Positions 37,812 through 47,417 of a stretch of 64,000 nt of DNA are shown piece by piece. The notes under the pieces are model-generated. The model was given only the letters and a program-made list of their open reading frames with translations. It had not been told where the DNA came from and ran no database searches. The DNA comes from Candidatus Binatia bacterium (GTDB taxonomy: Bacteria; Desulfobacterota; Binatia; Bin18): the NCBI GenBank assembly GCA_963666315.2, contig CAXXHG010000047.1, positions 100,525-164,524 on the forward strand, written 5' to 3'. Made by a program: the position numbers and the translations under genes. Every line of letters begins with the position of its first letter. The first letter of the stretch is position 1.

Positions 37812-38483
37812 ATGCTCAGCGTCGAGCTGGTATATGATGCGCGCTGCCCACGGGTCGAGGACGCGCGTCGGAACGTACAGCGTGCGCTGAAAAACCTTGA
37901 GCTGCCTGCAACCTGGACGGAATGGGAGCGGTCCTCGCCGTTCGCCTCCTGGGCGGCTCAGTTTAGCTCGCCGACCATCCTGGTCAATCGCGACCCCGTG
38001 CCCGGCACAGGGGTGGCGAATTCCAGCTTGAGCTCTCCAGTCGAATTGGAACAGACAGCCGTACCTTCGGTCAAGACGATTGAAGTGGCGCTTGCCCGGG
38101 CTCTCGCCCGCTCTCGTGCCGGAGCGCACTCCGGGATGGCCAAGGGAAAAGGCATAAGCCCTATTGTGATCGTCCTGGTGCCGCTGTCTTGCTGCCTGCC
38201 GCTTGTGCTCGCCTCGCTCTCCTCTCTCAGCCTGGGGGGTCTGCTTTCCCTGGACTCTGCGTTTTCTCTGGTCGCTTGTTTCCTTGCAGTCGTGCTTATC
38301 GGCCTCGGCCTTTTTGGCCGAAGAACGAGAAGGTATGGACCATTCGCAGCTGCGCTCGTGGCGGCTGCGGCTATCATGCTGGATACCTTTGCACTGTCGT
38401 ACAGCCCAGTGACGTATGGGGGAGTCGCCGTGCTGCTGGGTGCTTCGGTGTGGGGTCTCGTCTCCTCGCGCGTCTCATTTTAA
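37812..38483 (+). CDS. Thioredoxin-like domain fused to a MerC-like membrane domain
   Basis: VELVYDARCP...SPTILVN, then four TMs with a CCLP pair and RRYGPF. Confidence 0.7.
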   Translation: MLSVELVYDARCPRVEDARRNVQRALKNLELPATWTEWERSSPFASWAAQFSSPTILVNRDPVPGTGVANSSLSSPVELEQTAVPSVKTIEVALARALARSRAGAHSGMAKGKGISPIVIVLVPLSCCLPLVLASLSSLSLGGLLSLDSAFSLVACFLAVVLIGLGLFGRRTRRYGPFAAALVAAAAIMLDTFALSYSPVTYGGVAVLLGASVWGLVSSRVSF

Positions 38484-38573
38484 GAGGTGATAACGTCCTA
38501 TGAACGAAACCGCTGCGCGGTAGTTTGCTTGTCCCAGCCTTTCTCTTCAGTCCTCTTTCTTCCACAGGCAGAG

Positions 38574-39060
38574 TTACTCGTCTGGAGGGGTGACTTTCAC
38601 CCCTGTCATCGAGGTAGGCTTAATCCGCCAAGCAACCATCTTCCCGGCGGCGAACAACTTCTCGACATTGGCTATGAGCCGGACAGGTGCGTCAGCAAAA
38701 CGACCGTTCACTAGGTCGCCTATTTTCTCTGTAACGGTGTTGTCTTCCGATAACCTCAAAGCGACCAACTCCTGTGACGCTCGACCACACGAAGTGGCCG
38801 GTTGTTGCGGAGGTGTCCACTTGAAAGGACACACGCGGGTTGGCCTGGGCCATTCTGGTTTTCCGCCCTCGGGAGGTCAAGCCGCAGAGACTTCCGTCAA
38901 ACCAGACGTAGCTTAACGGAATAAGATAGGGTTGGTCGCCCACCGCAAAGCCAACATAAACCGTACACTGCTCAGTCAGCACGCGCTCGATTTCCTCCTG
39001 GCCTATTGCCTGGAGGTCTTCCCGCTCTACCTCTTGGCGGTCTGTGTCTTCTTGAGACAT
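38574..39060 (-). pseudogene. Pyridoxamine 5'-phosphate oxidase/NimA-like FMN-binding protein, frameshifted near 38748
   Basis: PYLIPLSY...GRKTRMAQANPRVSFQVD...WSSV..GRFEV; C-terminus (..WRIKPTSMTG) is in another frame. Confidence 0.8.
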
Positions 39061-39427
39061 GAAGCCTTCATTTCCGATTAGCCGTACCCAATTGCCCACT
39101 ATGGCTCTTTTGAGCGATCGGCGTAAAGCGTCGACTTGATTTTACTGTGGATTTTGTTCTGAGGCAGGGGACGGTTTTAGACTGTTTTGAGCAGTTGGGT
39201 GCGAGACGGAATAACCCTTGTGTCTTATGACGTGAACAGTAAATGGTTTTTTGGCAGAGAAAAAGTTGATAAGGGTCAGAGGAAAGGAGGGTGATCTATG
39301 GGAGCACTGACCCCGCCGATTTTCTTATTGAAGTCTTAGATCGAACTCACGTGAGATGACAACACGTGTTGCCCGTATAGTGCTGGGCTTCAATCTATTG
39401 CGATAAGAAGGACAGGAGAAATTCAGT

Positions 39428-40396
39428 ATGCAATTCGGTGTCTTTTATCAGCTCCCGTGTGCGGCCGGACAGTCCGTTCCGCGCCGTTACCAGGATACGC
39501 TGGAGCAGATCGTTTTAGCTGACAAGCTGGGCTTTGATTCCGCCTGGCTGGCTGAGGCGCACTTTGATCCAGGCTTTTCAACCATGCCGGCGCCCTTGGT
39601 GGTTGCCGCCGCCCTATCCGGCCGGACCCAACGCATCCGGCTCGGCATAGGCGTGAGCCAACTGCCGTTGCACAATCCTGTCAGCGTGGCCGAAGAAGCC
39701 GCGACCGTGGATATTGTGAGCGGTGGACGCTTGGACCTGGGTATTGGCCGCGGGACCTGGGATCATAATTTCAAAGGCTTCGGCATTCCGTGGGAGGAGC
39801 GCACGACCCGACTCGAAGAAGCTGTCGATATTCTTGAGCAAGCCTGGGCGGACAAACCCCTCTCGTACCATGGTCGGCACTACCAGTTCGATTCGATTAA
39901 TATTGTTCCCAAGCCGCTCCAGCGGCCCGGCCCGCCGCTACATATTGCGGCCAATAGTCCAAGCACCGCCGAGTTTGCCGGTCAGCGCGGTCTACGGCTG
40001 CTCATGGCGGCGCCCATTCATCCGTGGCCGGATAATTTTCTGACCCATCTCGCGCTATACCGTGATTCGGCAGCTCAGCATGCTTCGAAGAATGTGTATG
40101 TATCAGCCGTTTTCTTTGCCTTTACCGCTCTTGATCGGGTTGCCGTGCATATGCAGATGGCTGACAGCTTTGCCCGTCATCCCATTGGCCAGCGCACTTC
40201 GTATGAGACGGCGGAAGAGACCATGGCCATCTTTGGCAATCCGCAGGAATGCATAGACCGGATTGCAGAGATACAGCAGCGGGCGCAGCTGGATTGCCTC
40301 ATTTGTTCGTTCAATCCCGGCGGAACCGTCCCACACGAACAAGTGAAGGTCGCGATACAACGCTTTGCGGAAGAGGTGCTACCCAGCGTGCGGTAA
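39428..40396 (+). CDS. LLM class flavin-dependent oxidoreductase
   Basis: MQFGVF, LGFDSAWLAEAHF, RIRLGIGV..LPLHNP..VAEEAATVD..SGGRLDLGIGRG. Confidence 0.93.
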   Translation: MQFGVFYQLPCAAGQSVPRRYQDTLEQIVLADKLGFDSAWLAEAHFDPGFSTMPAPLVVAAALSGRTQRIRLGIGVSQLPLHNPVSVAEEAATVDIVSGGRLDLGIGRGTWDHNFKGFGIPWEERTTRLEEAVDILEQAWADKPLSYHGRHYQFDSINIVPKPLQRPGPPLHIAANSPSTAEFAGQRGLRLLMAAPIHPWPDNFLTHLALYRDSAAQHASKNVYVSAVFFAFTALDRVAVHMQMADSFARHPIGQRTSYETAEETMAIFGNPQECIDRIAEIQQRAQLDCLICSFNPGGTVPHEQVKVAIQRFAEEVLPSVR

Positions 40397-40402
40397 TGCA
40401 TT

Positions 40403-40432
40403 GTCGGCTTACGCTAGGCTAAGCCGACCTAC
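40403..40432 (-). repeat. GTAG-family REP hairpin, variant copy
   Basis: Minus strand reads GTAGGTCGGCTTAGCCTAGCGTAAGCCGAC, with a compensatory stem change relative to the 2226/31070 copies. Confidence 0.8.
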
Positions 40433-40653
40433 GACTCTCCCGGATTTTGCACCTACCCTACCACTGTCGGCAATTTACGGGAATCCCGGCCAGCAGCACT
40501 GGCATAGTGTGAAGACAGACTCAGCTAAAGTTGCTGTCGGCTTTGCCCGGAGTGGGCCTTGACTCCGCACCCTTCAAAAGCGGACGATGAATAAACGCAT
40601 TTGGCGTTGAGAACGATACCATCTGTCTATGGAAGGGAACGCCTAAAGGTTTC

Positions 40654-41088
40654 ATGCTGACAACGACACAACCTATGTTCCGTACTGTCTGCACCTGCTT
40701 GCTCCTCCTTCTGCATCTATTTGCGGGAGCGGGGATGGCCCAGGGGGCAGTCATCTGCGTTGCGCGGGATGGTCACTTTGCCATAGAGAACGCCCACCCG
40801 AATACGGGCTGTGTAACAGTCCAAAAGGACTCCCGTCCTGCACCGCTTGCCTCTGCGCTTGAAAATCCTGCCCGCCGACCTTGTCGGGATACCCCGATTC
40901 TTGGAGTTGGCTCACACTTCACTATTCCCTCGAATGTAGAACTGGACTCCCTAGCTTTCCAACTGCTTACCATTTCCTGTGCGCCTATCGTGACGGGCCG
41001 CTGTCCGCGTCTTGTCCGTTCGCCCGCCACTCGCCTTGGGCTACGCTCCCTCCACGACTCATTGCGTAGCGTTATTCTCCTCGTCTAA
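40654..41088 (+). CDS. Small exported Cys/His-containing protein, first gene of a metal-efflux operon (candidate leader)
   Basis: Hydrophobic N-terminus, VICVARDGHFAIENAH, PCRD, ends LRSVILLV. Confidence 0.65.
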   Translation: MLTTTQPMFRTVCTCLLLLLHLFAGAGMAQGAVICVARDGHFAIENAHPNTGCVTVQKDSRPAPLASALENPARRPCRDTPILGVGSHFTIPSNVELDSLAFQLLTISCAPIVTGRCPRLVRSPATRLGLRSLHDSLRSVILLV

Positions 41089-41218
41089 AGATCTGTCGTC
41101 TTATTGCAGCTTGCTGCTGAGGTTGCGCTGAGAGCGGTTGCGTAGGATATTCGTGCGCCCGCGCGACTATCATTTTCTGTGCCTAGACCCTGCCTGGATG
41201 ATCGACTGGATGACGGAT

Positions 41219-42643
41219 ATGTTACACATTCTCACCGACCTCACTCGACGTTCCACCCGCTATGGCAATATCGGGCTCGGCCTGTGTTTACTGCTTGGGC
41301 TTCCGAGTTGCAGCCTGATGCCCGTTGCAGACAGTACCCTTGAGCCGCGCCGCTTAGGCCGCGAACTTCAGACCTATCACATACCTGCCGAATTTTCCGA
41401 ATCTGGTCCAGACGAACACGCCGCCCTCACGTTTACCCAACCCACTGGCCTACTCACGGTGCCGACTGCCCTGGCCGCCGCCTTACTCAACAGCCCTACC
41501 CTGGCCGCGTTTTCCTGGGAGGTGCGTACGCGTGAAGCCCGCGCGCTTCAAGCCGGCCTGCGTCCGAATCCTGAAGTCGGTTTTGAAGTCGAAGAATTTG
41601 GTGGGAGCGGGGGCCGCACCGCGTTTGATAGCTCAGAAACTACTTTTCTGCTCGGCCAACTGTTGGAGCTCGGCGGCAAGCGGGCCAAACGCCAGCGGCT
41701 GGCGACGTTGGAACGGGATTTAGCCGCCTGGGATTACGAGACCCGCCGGCTGGACGTGCTCACCACCGTTGCCAAAGTCTTTGTCGTAACACTCACCGCC
41801 CAGGAGCGGGTCAGCCTGGAAGAAGAACACGTACAACTGGCGCAAGAAGTCCTTCAAACCGTAGCCCGGCAAGTCAAAGCCGGGGCCGTGTCACCAGTAG
41901 AAGAAATCCGTGCCCAGGTGGCGTTAGCGAGCAGTCGAGTTGAACTCTCGCAACGAAAACGGGAACAGACGGCCGCCCAGCTCCAGCTTGCCGCGACCTG
42001 GGGCAGCACGGCGGTCACCTTCTCTGCCGTCAGCGGTGACTTGGAGACCGTCGTCCCGCCCCCATCCGCTAACGACCTGCTGCCACATCTCATCCACAAT
42101 CCTGACATTGCTCGTTGGAGCGTTGAAAAAGAACAGCGCCACGCCGCTCTTGAACTGGAACAGGCACGCCAGATCCCAAACGTCGAGGTCGGCGCGGGCG
42201 TGCGCTATTTCAACGCGGACACCAGCGCCGCCTTAGTCTTTGAGACCCGCATGCCGCTCATGCTGTTTAACCGGAATCAAGGCGGCATTCAGGAAGCTCA
42301 CGCCCGCTTAGCGAAGGCCGAGGCTGAACAGCGGGCGGCACAAGTACAGACCCGGGCCACATTGGCCGCTGCGCATCAGGCCCTCGTATCTGCCTTTGAG
42401 CAGGTCAGCGCGCTACGAGACAGCATTATCCCCCAAGCCCAATCCGCTTTTGTAGGGGTCAGCCTAGCCTACCAGCGCGGACGCTTGCGCTACTTGGACG
42501 TATTAGACGCTCGGCGCACGTTGTTTACACTGCGCGGCCAGTATGTTGAGGCATTGGCCAGCTACCATACCGCAGTGGCAGACGTGGAACGCCTCATTGC
42601 TGAGCCGCTGGCTGCACTCGACCATACCGACGGGACACACTGA
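41219..42643 (+). CDS. TolC family outer-membrane protein (CzcC-like); start uncertain
   Basis: LQAGLRPNP, Q.LELGGKR.KR, LFNRNQG.I, Y..GRL.YLDVLDARRTL; lipobox-like LPSC. Confidence 0.92.
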   Translation: MLHILTDLTRRSTRYGNIGLGLCLLLGLPSCSLMPVADSTLEPRRLGRELQTYHIPAEFSESGPDEHAALTFTQPTGLLTVPTALAAALLNSPTLAAFSWEVRTREARALQAGLRPNPEVGFEVEEFGGSGGRTAFDSSETTFLLGQLLELGGKRAKRQRLATLERDLAAWDYETRRLDVLTTVAKVFVVTLTAQERVSLEEEHVQLAQEVLQTVARQVKAGAVSPVEEIRAQVALASSRVELSQRKREQTAAQLQLAATWGSTAVTFSAVSGDLETVVPPPSANDLLPHLIHNPDIARWSVEKEQRHAALELEQARQIPNVEVGAGVRYFNADTSAALVFETRMPLMLFNRNQGGIQEAHARLAKAEAEQRAAQVQTRATLAAAHQALVSAFEQVSALRDSIIPQAQSAFVGVSLAYQRGRLRYLDVLDARRTLFTLRGQYVEALASYHTAVADVERLIAEPLAALDHTDGTH

Positions 42644-42644
42644 C

Positions 42645-43631
42645 ATGAAAATAGACATGAGAAATCGCCAATTCATTCATGTGCTCAGCACTCTCTTGCT
42701 GGCACTCCTGTTTGCCTGTCAGGGAGTAGAAGGCGAAGCGCCACGCAGCCAAGAAGAACAGACAGAAGAGCAGGAGCGCGGATATGAAGTAGGCCAAGCA
42801 AGCCAAAAGGAGAGTGTCCAAATCTCCCCGGAAGAACTCACCGAGTTCGGTATCGAGCTGGCCGTAGCTGGACCTGGAACAATCACACACGTGGTGGAGC
42901 TCCCAGGTGAAGTCCAGCCGAATGAGGACCGCTTAGCCCATATTGTCCCGCGCTTTCCCGGCATTGTGACCGCGGTACACAAACAGACCGGCGACATCGT
43001 TCGTGCCGGCGAGGTCCTGGCGATTGTCGAGAGCAGTGTCAGCCTGGCGCCGTATGAACTCAAAACGCTCACGACTGGCACAGTCATCGAAAAGCATATC
43101 ACCCGCGGGGAAGCCGTGACCCGAGAAAGTCAAGCGTTTGTGATTGCCAACCTGAAGAGCGTGTGGGTCAATCTGAGTGTGTATCAGCGAGACTTATCGG
43201 CGGTACGCGTAGGCCAGTCCGTCACAATCTCTGCCGGCCACGGTCTGCCCGAAGCCACAGGAAAAATCTCTTATGTGACTCCGACAGTCGATGAGGAAAC
43301 GCGTACGGCGACCGCGCGCGTAGTCCTACCCAATACAAAGAAGCGCTGGCGGCCGGGCATGTTTGTCACCGGTCGGGTCATCGTCAAGCGCACGGACGTG
43401 CCGCTCGCGGTTCCCCTAGCGGCTCTGCAGACGCTGGCTGAGCAGACGGTGGTGTTTGTCGAAACGGACGCGAGTTTTCAACCCCGGTCGGTGACGACGG
43501 GAGACGCCGATGACAGCCAGGTCGAAATCCGTGCGGGTCTCGCGCCAGGTGAGCGTTACGTCAGCCGTGGAGGCTTTACGCTCAAAGCGGAACTGTCCCG
43601 TGAGCAGTTTGGGGAAGGCTACGGCCATTAA
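42645..43631 (+). CDS. RND periplasmic adaptor (CzcB-like)
   Basis: Lipoprotein-like LFAC, IVPRFPGIV, VDEETRTATARVVLPN...WRPGMFV, G.FTLKAEL. Confidence 0.92.
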   Translation: MKIDMRNRQFIHVLSTLLLALLFACQGVEGEAPRSQEEQTEEQERGYEVGQASQKESVQISPEELTEFGIELAVAGPGTITHVVELPGEVQPNEDRLAHIVPRFPGIVTAVHKQTGDIVRAGEVLAIVESSVSLAPYELKTLTTGTVIEKHITRGEAVTRESQAFVIANLKSVWVNLSVYQRDLSAVRVGQSVTISAGHGLPEATGKISYVTPTVDEETRTATARVVLPNTKKRWRPGMFVTGRVIVKRTDVPLAVPLAALQTLAEQTVVFVETDASFQPRSVTTGDADDSQVEIRAGLAPGERYVSRGGFTLKAELSREQFGEGYGH

Positions 43632-43643
43632 GAGCGCGCAGTC

Positions 43644-46600
43644 ATGGACCGGATCATTCAGCTCAGCCTCTCAAACCGCTCGCTCATAGCCGTCCTCGGA
43701 GTCTTGTTGACGGTGGCCGGCTATCGCAGCTATGTGCAACTTCCGGTTGATGCCTTTCCGGATGTCTCGCCTAATCTGGTGCAGGTGTTTACCGAGACTG
43801 AGGGCCTTGCGCCCGAGGACGTGGAGCAGTACGTCACCTACCCCATTGAAGCCGTCATGACCGGACTGCCCAACCTGGAGCGAATTCGCTCCGTATCAAA
43901 TTTTGGGCTCTCAGTCGTCAATATCTATTTTGAAGACGGAACAGATATCTATTTTGCCCGCCAAGTGGTGAGTGAACGGCTGCAAGAAGTACGCGAACAG
44001 ATTCCCCCCGGCTTCGGTGACCCACGGCTAGGCCCGATTTCCACCGGTATGGGATTGGTCTTGTTTTACTACTTAGCAGACGAGACCGGTCGGTATTCTC
44101 TGCAAGAGCTGCGCAGCATGCAGGATTGGCTGGTCAAGTTTCATCTGCAAACGGTACCCGGGGTGACTGAAGTGCTCGGCATTGGTGGTTATGAAAAACA
44201 ATTTCAGGTCGCCGTACACCCGGAACTCTTACTGCGCGCCGGGGTCACTATCAGCGGGGTGATTACCAGTATCCAAGAGAATAACCTCAACGTCGGGGCG
44301 CAATTCATCGAGAAGAACGCCGAAGAGTTTGTGGTCCGTTCGGTCGGGCTGGTCGCAAACATTTCCGATCTTGAGAATATCGTCATCAAGGCCAAGGACG
44401 GCACCCCCGTCTTTCTGCGCGAACTCGCAGACATCGCGGTCGGCGGCGCGATTCGACGCGGGGTGCAAACCCGGAACGGTCTCGAAGAAGTCGTCGCCGG
44501 GATGGTGGTCAAGGTCTTTGGAGCCAATTCGTCGACGGTCATCGAACAGGTCGAAGCCAAGATGGCCGAGATTAACCGGATTCTACCGAGTGGAGTCAAA
44601 CTTGTTCCCTATTACGAACAAAAGACCCTCGTAGCGGCGTGTGTGGCCACGGTCACGAATGCGTTGATGCAAGGCATAGGCTTAGTCGTGCTGGTGCTGA
44701 TGGTCTTCATGGGCGGGGTGCGGGCCAGTCTGGTCGTCGCGCTGGCTATTCCGTTCTCGGTCTTCTTTGCCACGCTGTGGATGGGCTATTTCGGTATTTC
44801 AGCCAATCTCATGTCACTGGGTGGGCTGGCCATCGCGATCGGCATGCTGGTCGATGGCACGATAGTCATGGTGGAAAACGTGGACCGGATGCTGCGCGGG
44901 GCCGACCCGGATGAAGCCCGCAGTCAGGTGGTCGCCCGGGCGTGTACGGAAGTCGCCCGGCCGATTGTCTTTGCTATCACGATTATTGTGATTGTCTTTC
45001 TGCCCCTCTTTCTGCTGCAAGGGGTGGAGGGCAAAACATTTCGGCCGCTGGCCTACACCGTGGCACTCGCCATGGGCGGCTCGCTCGTCTTTGCGATCTT
45101 TCTGGCTCCGGTCCTGGCCGTCACCGTCATGCGCCGGCCACAGCGCGTCCGTGCAGACCCTGTCTCATCAGAAGGACTGATCGTGCGGAGCCTCATCCGT
45201 CTCTACCGGCCTGTGGTGGTGCTGTTTGTTCGGTGGCGCGTGATGGCAGTCCTCAGCGCGCTTCTTTTGGTCGTACTTGGCGGCACGGTTTTTTCCTATC
45301 TGGGCTCAGAGTTCACCCCGCGTCTGCAGGAAGGCACTATCGTGCTGCGGCTCACTATGGCCGCCTCGATTTCGCTCCAAGAGAGTCAACGCGTCACGAT
45401 GATAGTCGAGCGGCGGCTCATGCAGATTCCGGAAATCGCTGGGGTAGTGACGCGCATAGGCCGGGGTGAAATCGGCGCGCATACCGACCCGATTAATAAT
45501 GCCGAGATGTATATTCTCTTGCAGCCTCAAGAAGAATGGCGCACGGCGCAAAACCAAGAGCAGCTCGAAGGCGTCATCCGTACTGCGTTGGGCCGCATTC
45601 CTGGCGTGCTGACGAATTTTACCCAGCCCATCGCCATGACCATAGACGAACTCTTAGAAGGCGTACGGGCGGAGCTGGCGATTAAACTCTTTGGCGATGA
45701 TCTCGGGGTTCTACTCGAAAAGGGTAATGAGATTGCCGCCGTGACGCAGCGTATCCGAGGCGCAACAGACGTGCAGGTAGACCAAGTCTCAGGTACACCC
45801 CAGCTCGTCATCCGCGTCAATCGGCAAGCGGTGGCTCGGTATGGGATGAATGTCGCGGACGTGCAACACACCATTAGTGCCGCAGTCGGCGGTGAAGTCG
45901 CGGGGCAGATTTTCGAGGGTATCCGCCGCTTTCCGATCCTAGTGCGGTTTGCTCCGGAATATCGGAGCACGCCCCGCGCAATCGGCAATATTCTCATTCC
46001 TGGTCCTCACCACGTGCGCGTGCCGCTGTCCGAGCTGGCGACGATTAAAGAAGTGGTCGGCCCGCGCCAAATCACGCGCGAAAATAATCAGCGCTTCCTG
46101 ACCATTCAGTGCAATGTGGTCGGGCGCGATATCGGGTCGTTTGTCCAGGAAGCCCGAGCGGCCATTGACTCGCAGGTGGCCCTCCCACCGGGCTATCTCG
46201 TCACTTGGGGCGGGCAGTTTCGCTTGCAAGAGGAAGCCAATAGACGCCTGGCTATCGTGATTCCCATTACTTTGATTATTGTTTTTTTGCTGCTGTTCTC
46301 CAGCTTCCAGTCGCTCAGCAATGCGCTGCTCATTCTGCTGAACATTCCGCTTGCCCTTGTCGGCGGCGGGGTCGCATTATGGCTGACGGACCAGAACCTG
46401 TCCGTGCCAGCCTCGGTCGGCTTTATTGCACTGTTCGGCATTGCCTTAGAGAACGGCATGGTGTTAGTGACCTATCTCAATCAACTGATGCGTGCAGGGA
46501 TCCCAGCCGATGAGGCCGCCGTACGGGGCGCGTGTTTACGCTTCCGGCCGGTACTGATGACTGCCGTCACGACCGCCTTGGGACTGATACCCTTGCTCAT

Positions 46601-46742
46601 CTCGCACAGCACGGGCAGTGAGGTGCAGCGCCCGCTGGCAACGGTGGTGGTCGGCGGACTGGTTTCTTCGACGGCGTTAACCCTCCTGATCCTGCCGGCC
46701 TTATATGCCTGGATTGAGAACCGACGGACAGTCCCCGCCTAG
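43644..46742 (+). CDS. Heavy-metal efflux RND permease (CzcA/CusA family)
   Basis: LPVDAFPDV, GLAPEDVEQ, ANLMSLGGLAIAIGMLVDG.IVMVEN, GSEVQRPLATVV.GGL. Confidence 0.95.
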   Translation: MDRIIQLSLSNRSLIAVLGVLLTVAGYRSYVQLPVDAFPDVSPNLVQVFTETEGLAPEDVEQYVTYPIEAVMTGLPNLERIRSVSNFGLSVVNIYFEDGTDIYFARQVVSERLQEVREQIPPGFGDPRLGPISTGMGLVLFYYLADETGRYSLQELRSMQDWLVKFHLQTVPGVTEVLGIGGYEKQFQVAVHPELLLRAGVTISGVITSIQENNLNVGAQFIEKNAEEFVVRSVGLVANISDLENIVIKAKDGTPVFLRELADIAVGGAIRRGVQTRNGLEEVVAGMVVKVFGANSSTVIEQVEAKMAEINRILPSGVKLVPYYEQKTLVAACVATVTNALMQGIGLVVLVLMVFMGGVRASLVVALAIPFSVFFATLWMGYFGISANLMSLGGLAIAIGMLVDGTIVMVENVDRMLRGADPDEARSQVVARACTEVARPIVFAITIIVIVFLPLFLLQGVEGKTFRPLAYTVALAMGGSLVFAIFLAPVLAVTVMRRPQRVRADPVSSEGLIVRSLIRLYRPVVVLFVRWRVMAVLSALLLVVLGGTVFSYLGSEFTPRLQEGTIVLRLTMAASISLQESQRVTMIVERRLMQIPEIAGVVTRIGRGEIGAHTDPINNAEMYILLQPQEEWRTAQNQEQLEGVIRTALGRIPGVLTNFTQPIAMTIDELLEGVRAELAIKLFGDDLGVLLEKGNEIAAVTQRIRGATDVQVDQVSGTPQLVIRVNRQAVARYGMNVADVQHTISAAVGGEVAGQIFEGIRRFPILVRFAPEYRSTPRAIGNILIPGPHHVRVPLSELATIKEVVGPRQITRENNQRFLTIQCNVVGRDIGSFVQEARAAIDSQVALPPGYLVTWGGQFRLQEEANRRLAIVIPITLIIVFLLLFSSFQSLSNALLILLNIPLALVGGGVALWLTDQNLSVPASVGFIALFGIALENGMVLVTYLNQLMRAGIPADEAAVRGACLRFRPVLMTAVTTALGLIPLLISHSTGSEVQRPLATVVVGGLVSSTALTLLILPALYAWIENRRTVPA

Positions 46743-46743
46743 G

Positions 46744-46821
46744 AGATGGAGAGTCTCCCCGAATGCCATCCATCCAGCAGGCGGGCAGGCGAGGGGGCCA
46801 GAAGCAGAGACTCTTCCATCT
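46744..46821 (+). other. Long intergenic inverted repeat between the two RND operons
   Basis: AGATGGAGAGTCTC (46744-57) pairs with GAGACTCTTCCATCT (46807-21) with one bulge. Confidence 0.5.
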
Positions 46822-46829
46822 GCTGAGAG

Positions 46830-47309
46830 ATGCATGATATGCTGCATACATTTCTCATGCTGAAAACGCCCTCTCCCATACTACGCACGACCATGCTGGC
46901 TGTGCTCCTGCCAGTCTTGTTGCTGTTGCCGACCTTCCACACGCACCCTGACCATCGGCATACACACGGACACGCTAGCACGCACGGCCACTCGGCTGTC
47001 ATTCATGCCGATTTCTTCGCCATCTCAGTCCACAACGCGCATGATGCGCATGACCAGGGTCACGGCGTCCCAACTGAAAACTCCTCGCAAACTGATTTTC
47101 GCATAAGCCTGTTCACCCTGCTCCCGCGAAGTCTTGTGCTGCTCACTCCCGCGCCCGAATGCGCGTCACTTGCTTTCCTCACCACATTTCTTGTCATCAT
47201 TCCGCTCTCGGTCATCCAGTCGCGGCTGCACTCGTCTAACCATCCACCGCCTGTTCAATCCGTCTCTTTCCCGGCCATTTCTCCCCGTTCCCCGCCCCAC
47301 CTCGTGTAG
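46830..47309 (+). CDS. His-rich exported leader protein ending in a RAPP-like RSPP motif (DUF2946/CruR-like architecture); start uncertain
   Basis: Hydrophobic stretch, HTHPDHRHTHGHASTHGH...HNAHDAHDQGH, C-terminal ISPRSPPHLV*. Confidence 0.7.
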   Translation: MHDMLHTFLMLKTPSPILRTTMLAVLLPVLLLLPTFHTHPDHRHTHGHASTHGHSAVIHADFFAISVHNAHDAHDQGHGVPTENSSQTDFRISLFTLLPRSLVLLTPAPECASLAFLTTFLVIIPLSVIQSRLHSSNHPPPVQSVSFPAISPRSPPHLV

Positions 47310-47417
47310 TTCTCAACGGCTTTTCATTTTTTTCCTTCAATAACGAGACGGTTTCCGCACGGCGTTCTTTCCCTGTGTGTCCAGGAAGCCGTGTATCTAT
47401 TGCGGAGGACCGCGCCC

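Noticed and set aside
40559-40590. Tn21-like mer operator upstream of the first RND operon (TTGACTCCGC...GCGGA)
   Set aside because: Dyad arms are only 5 bp with the wrong spacing, and there is no convincing -10 box.
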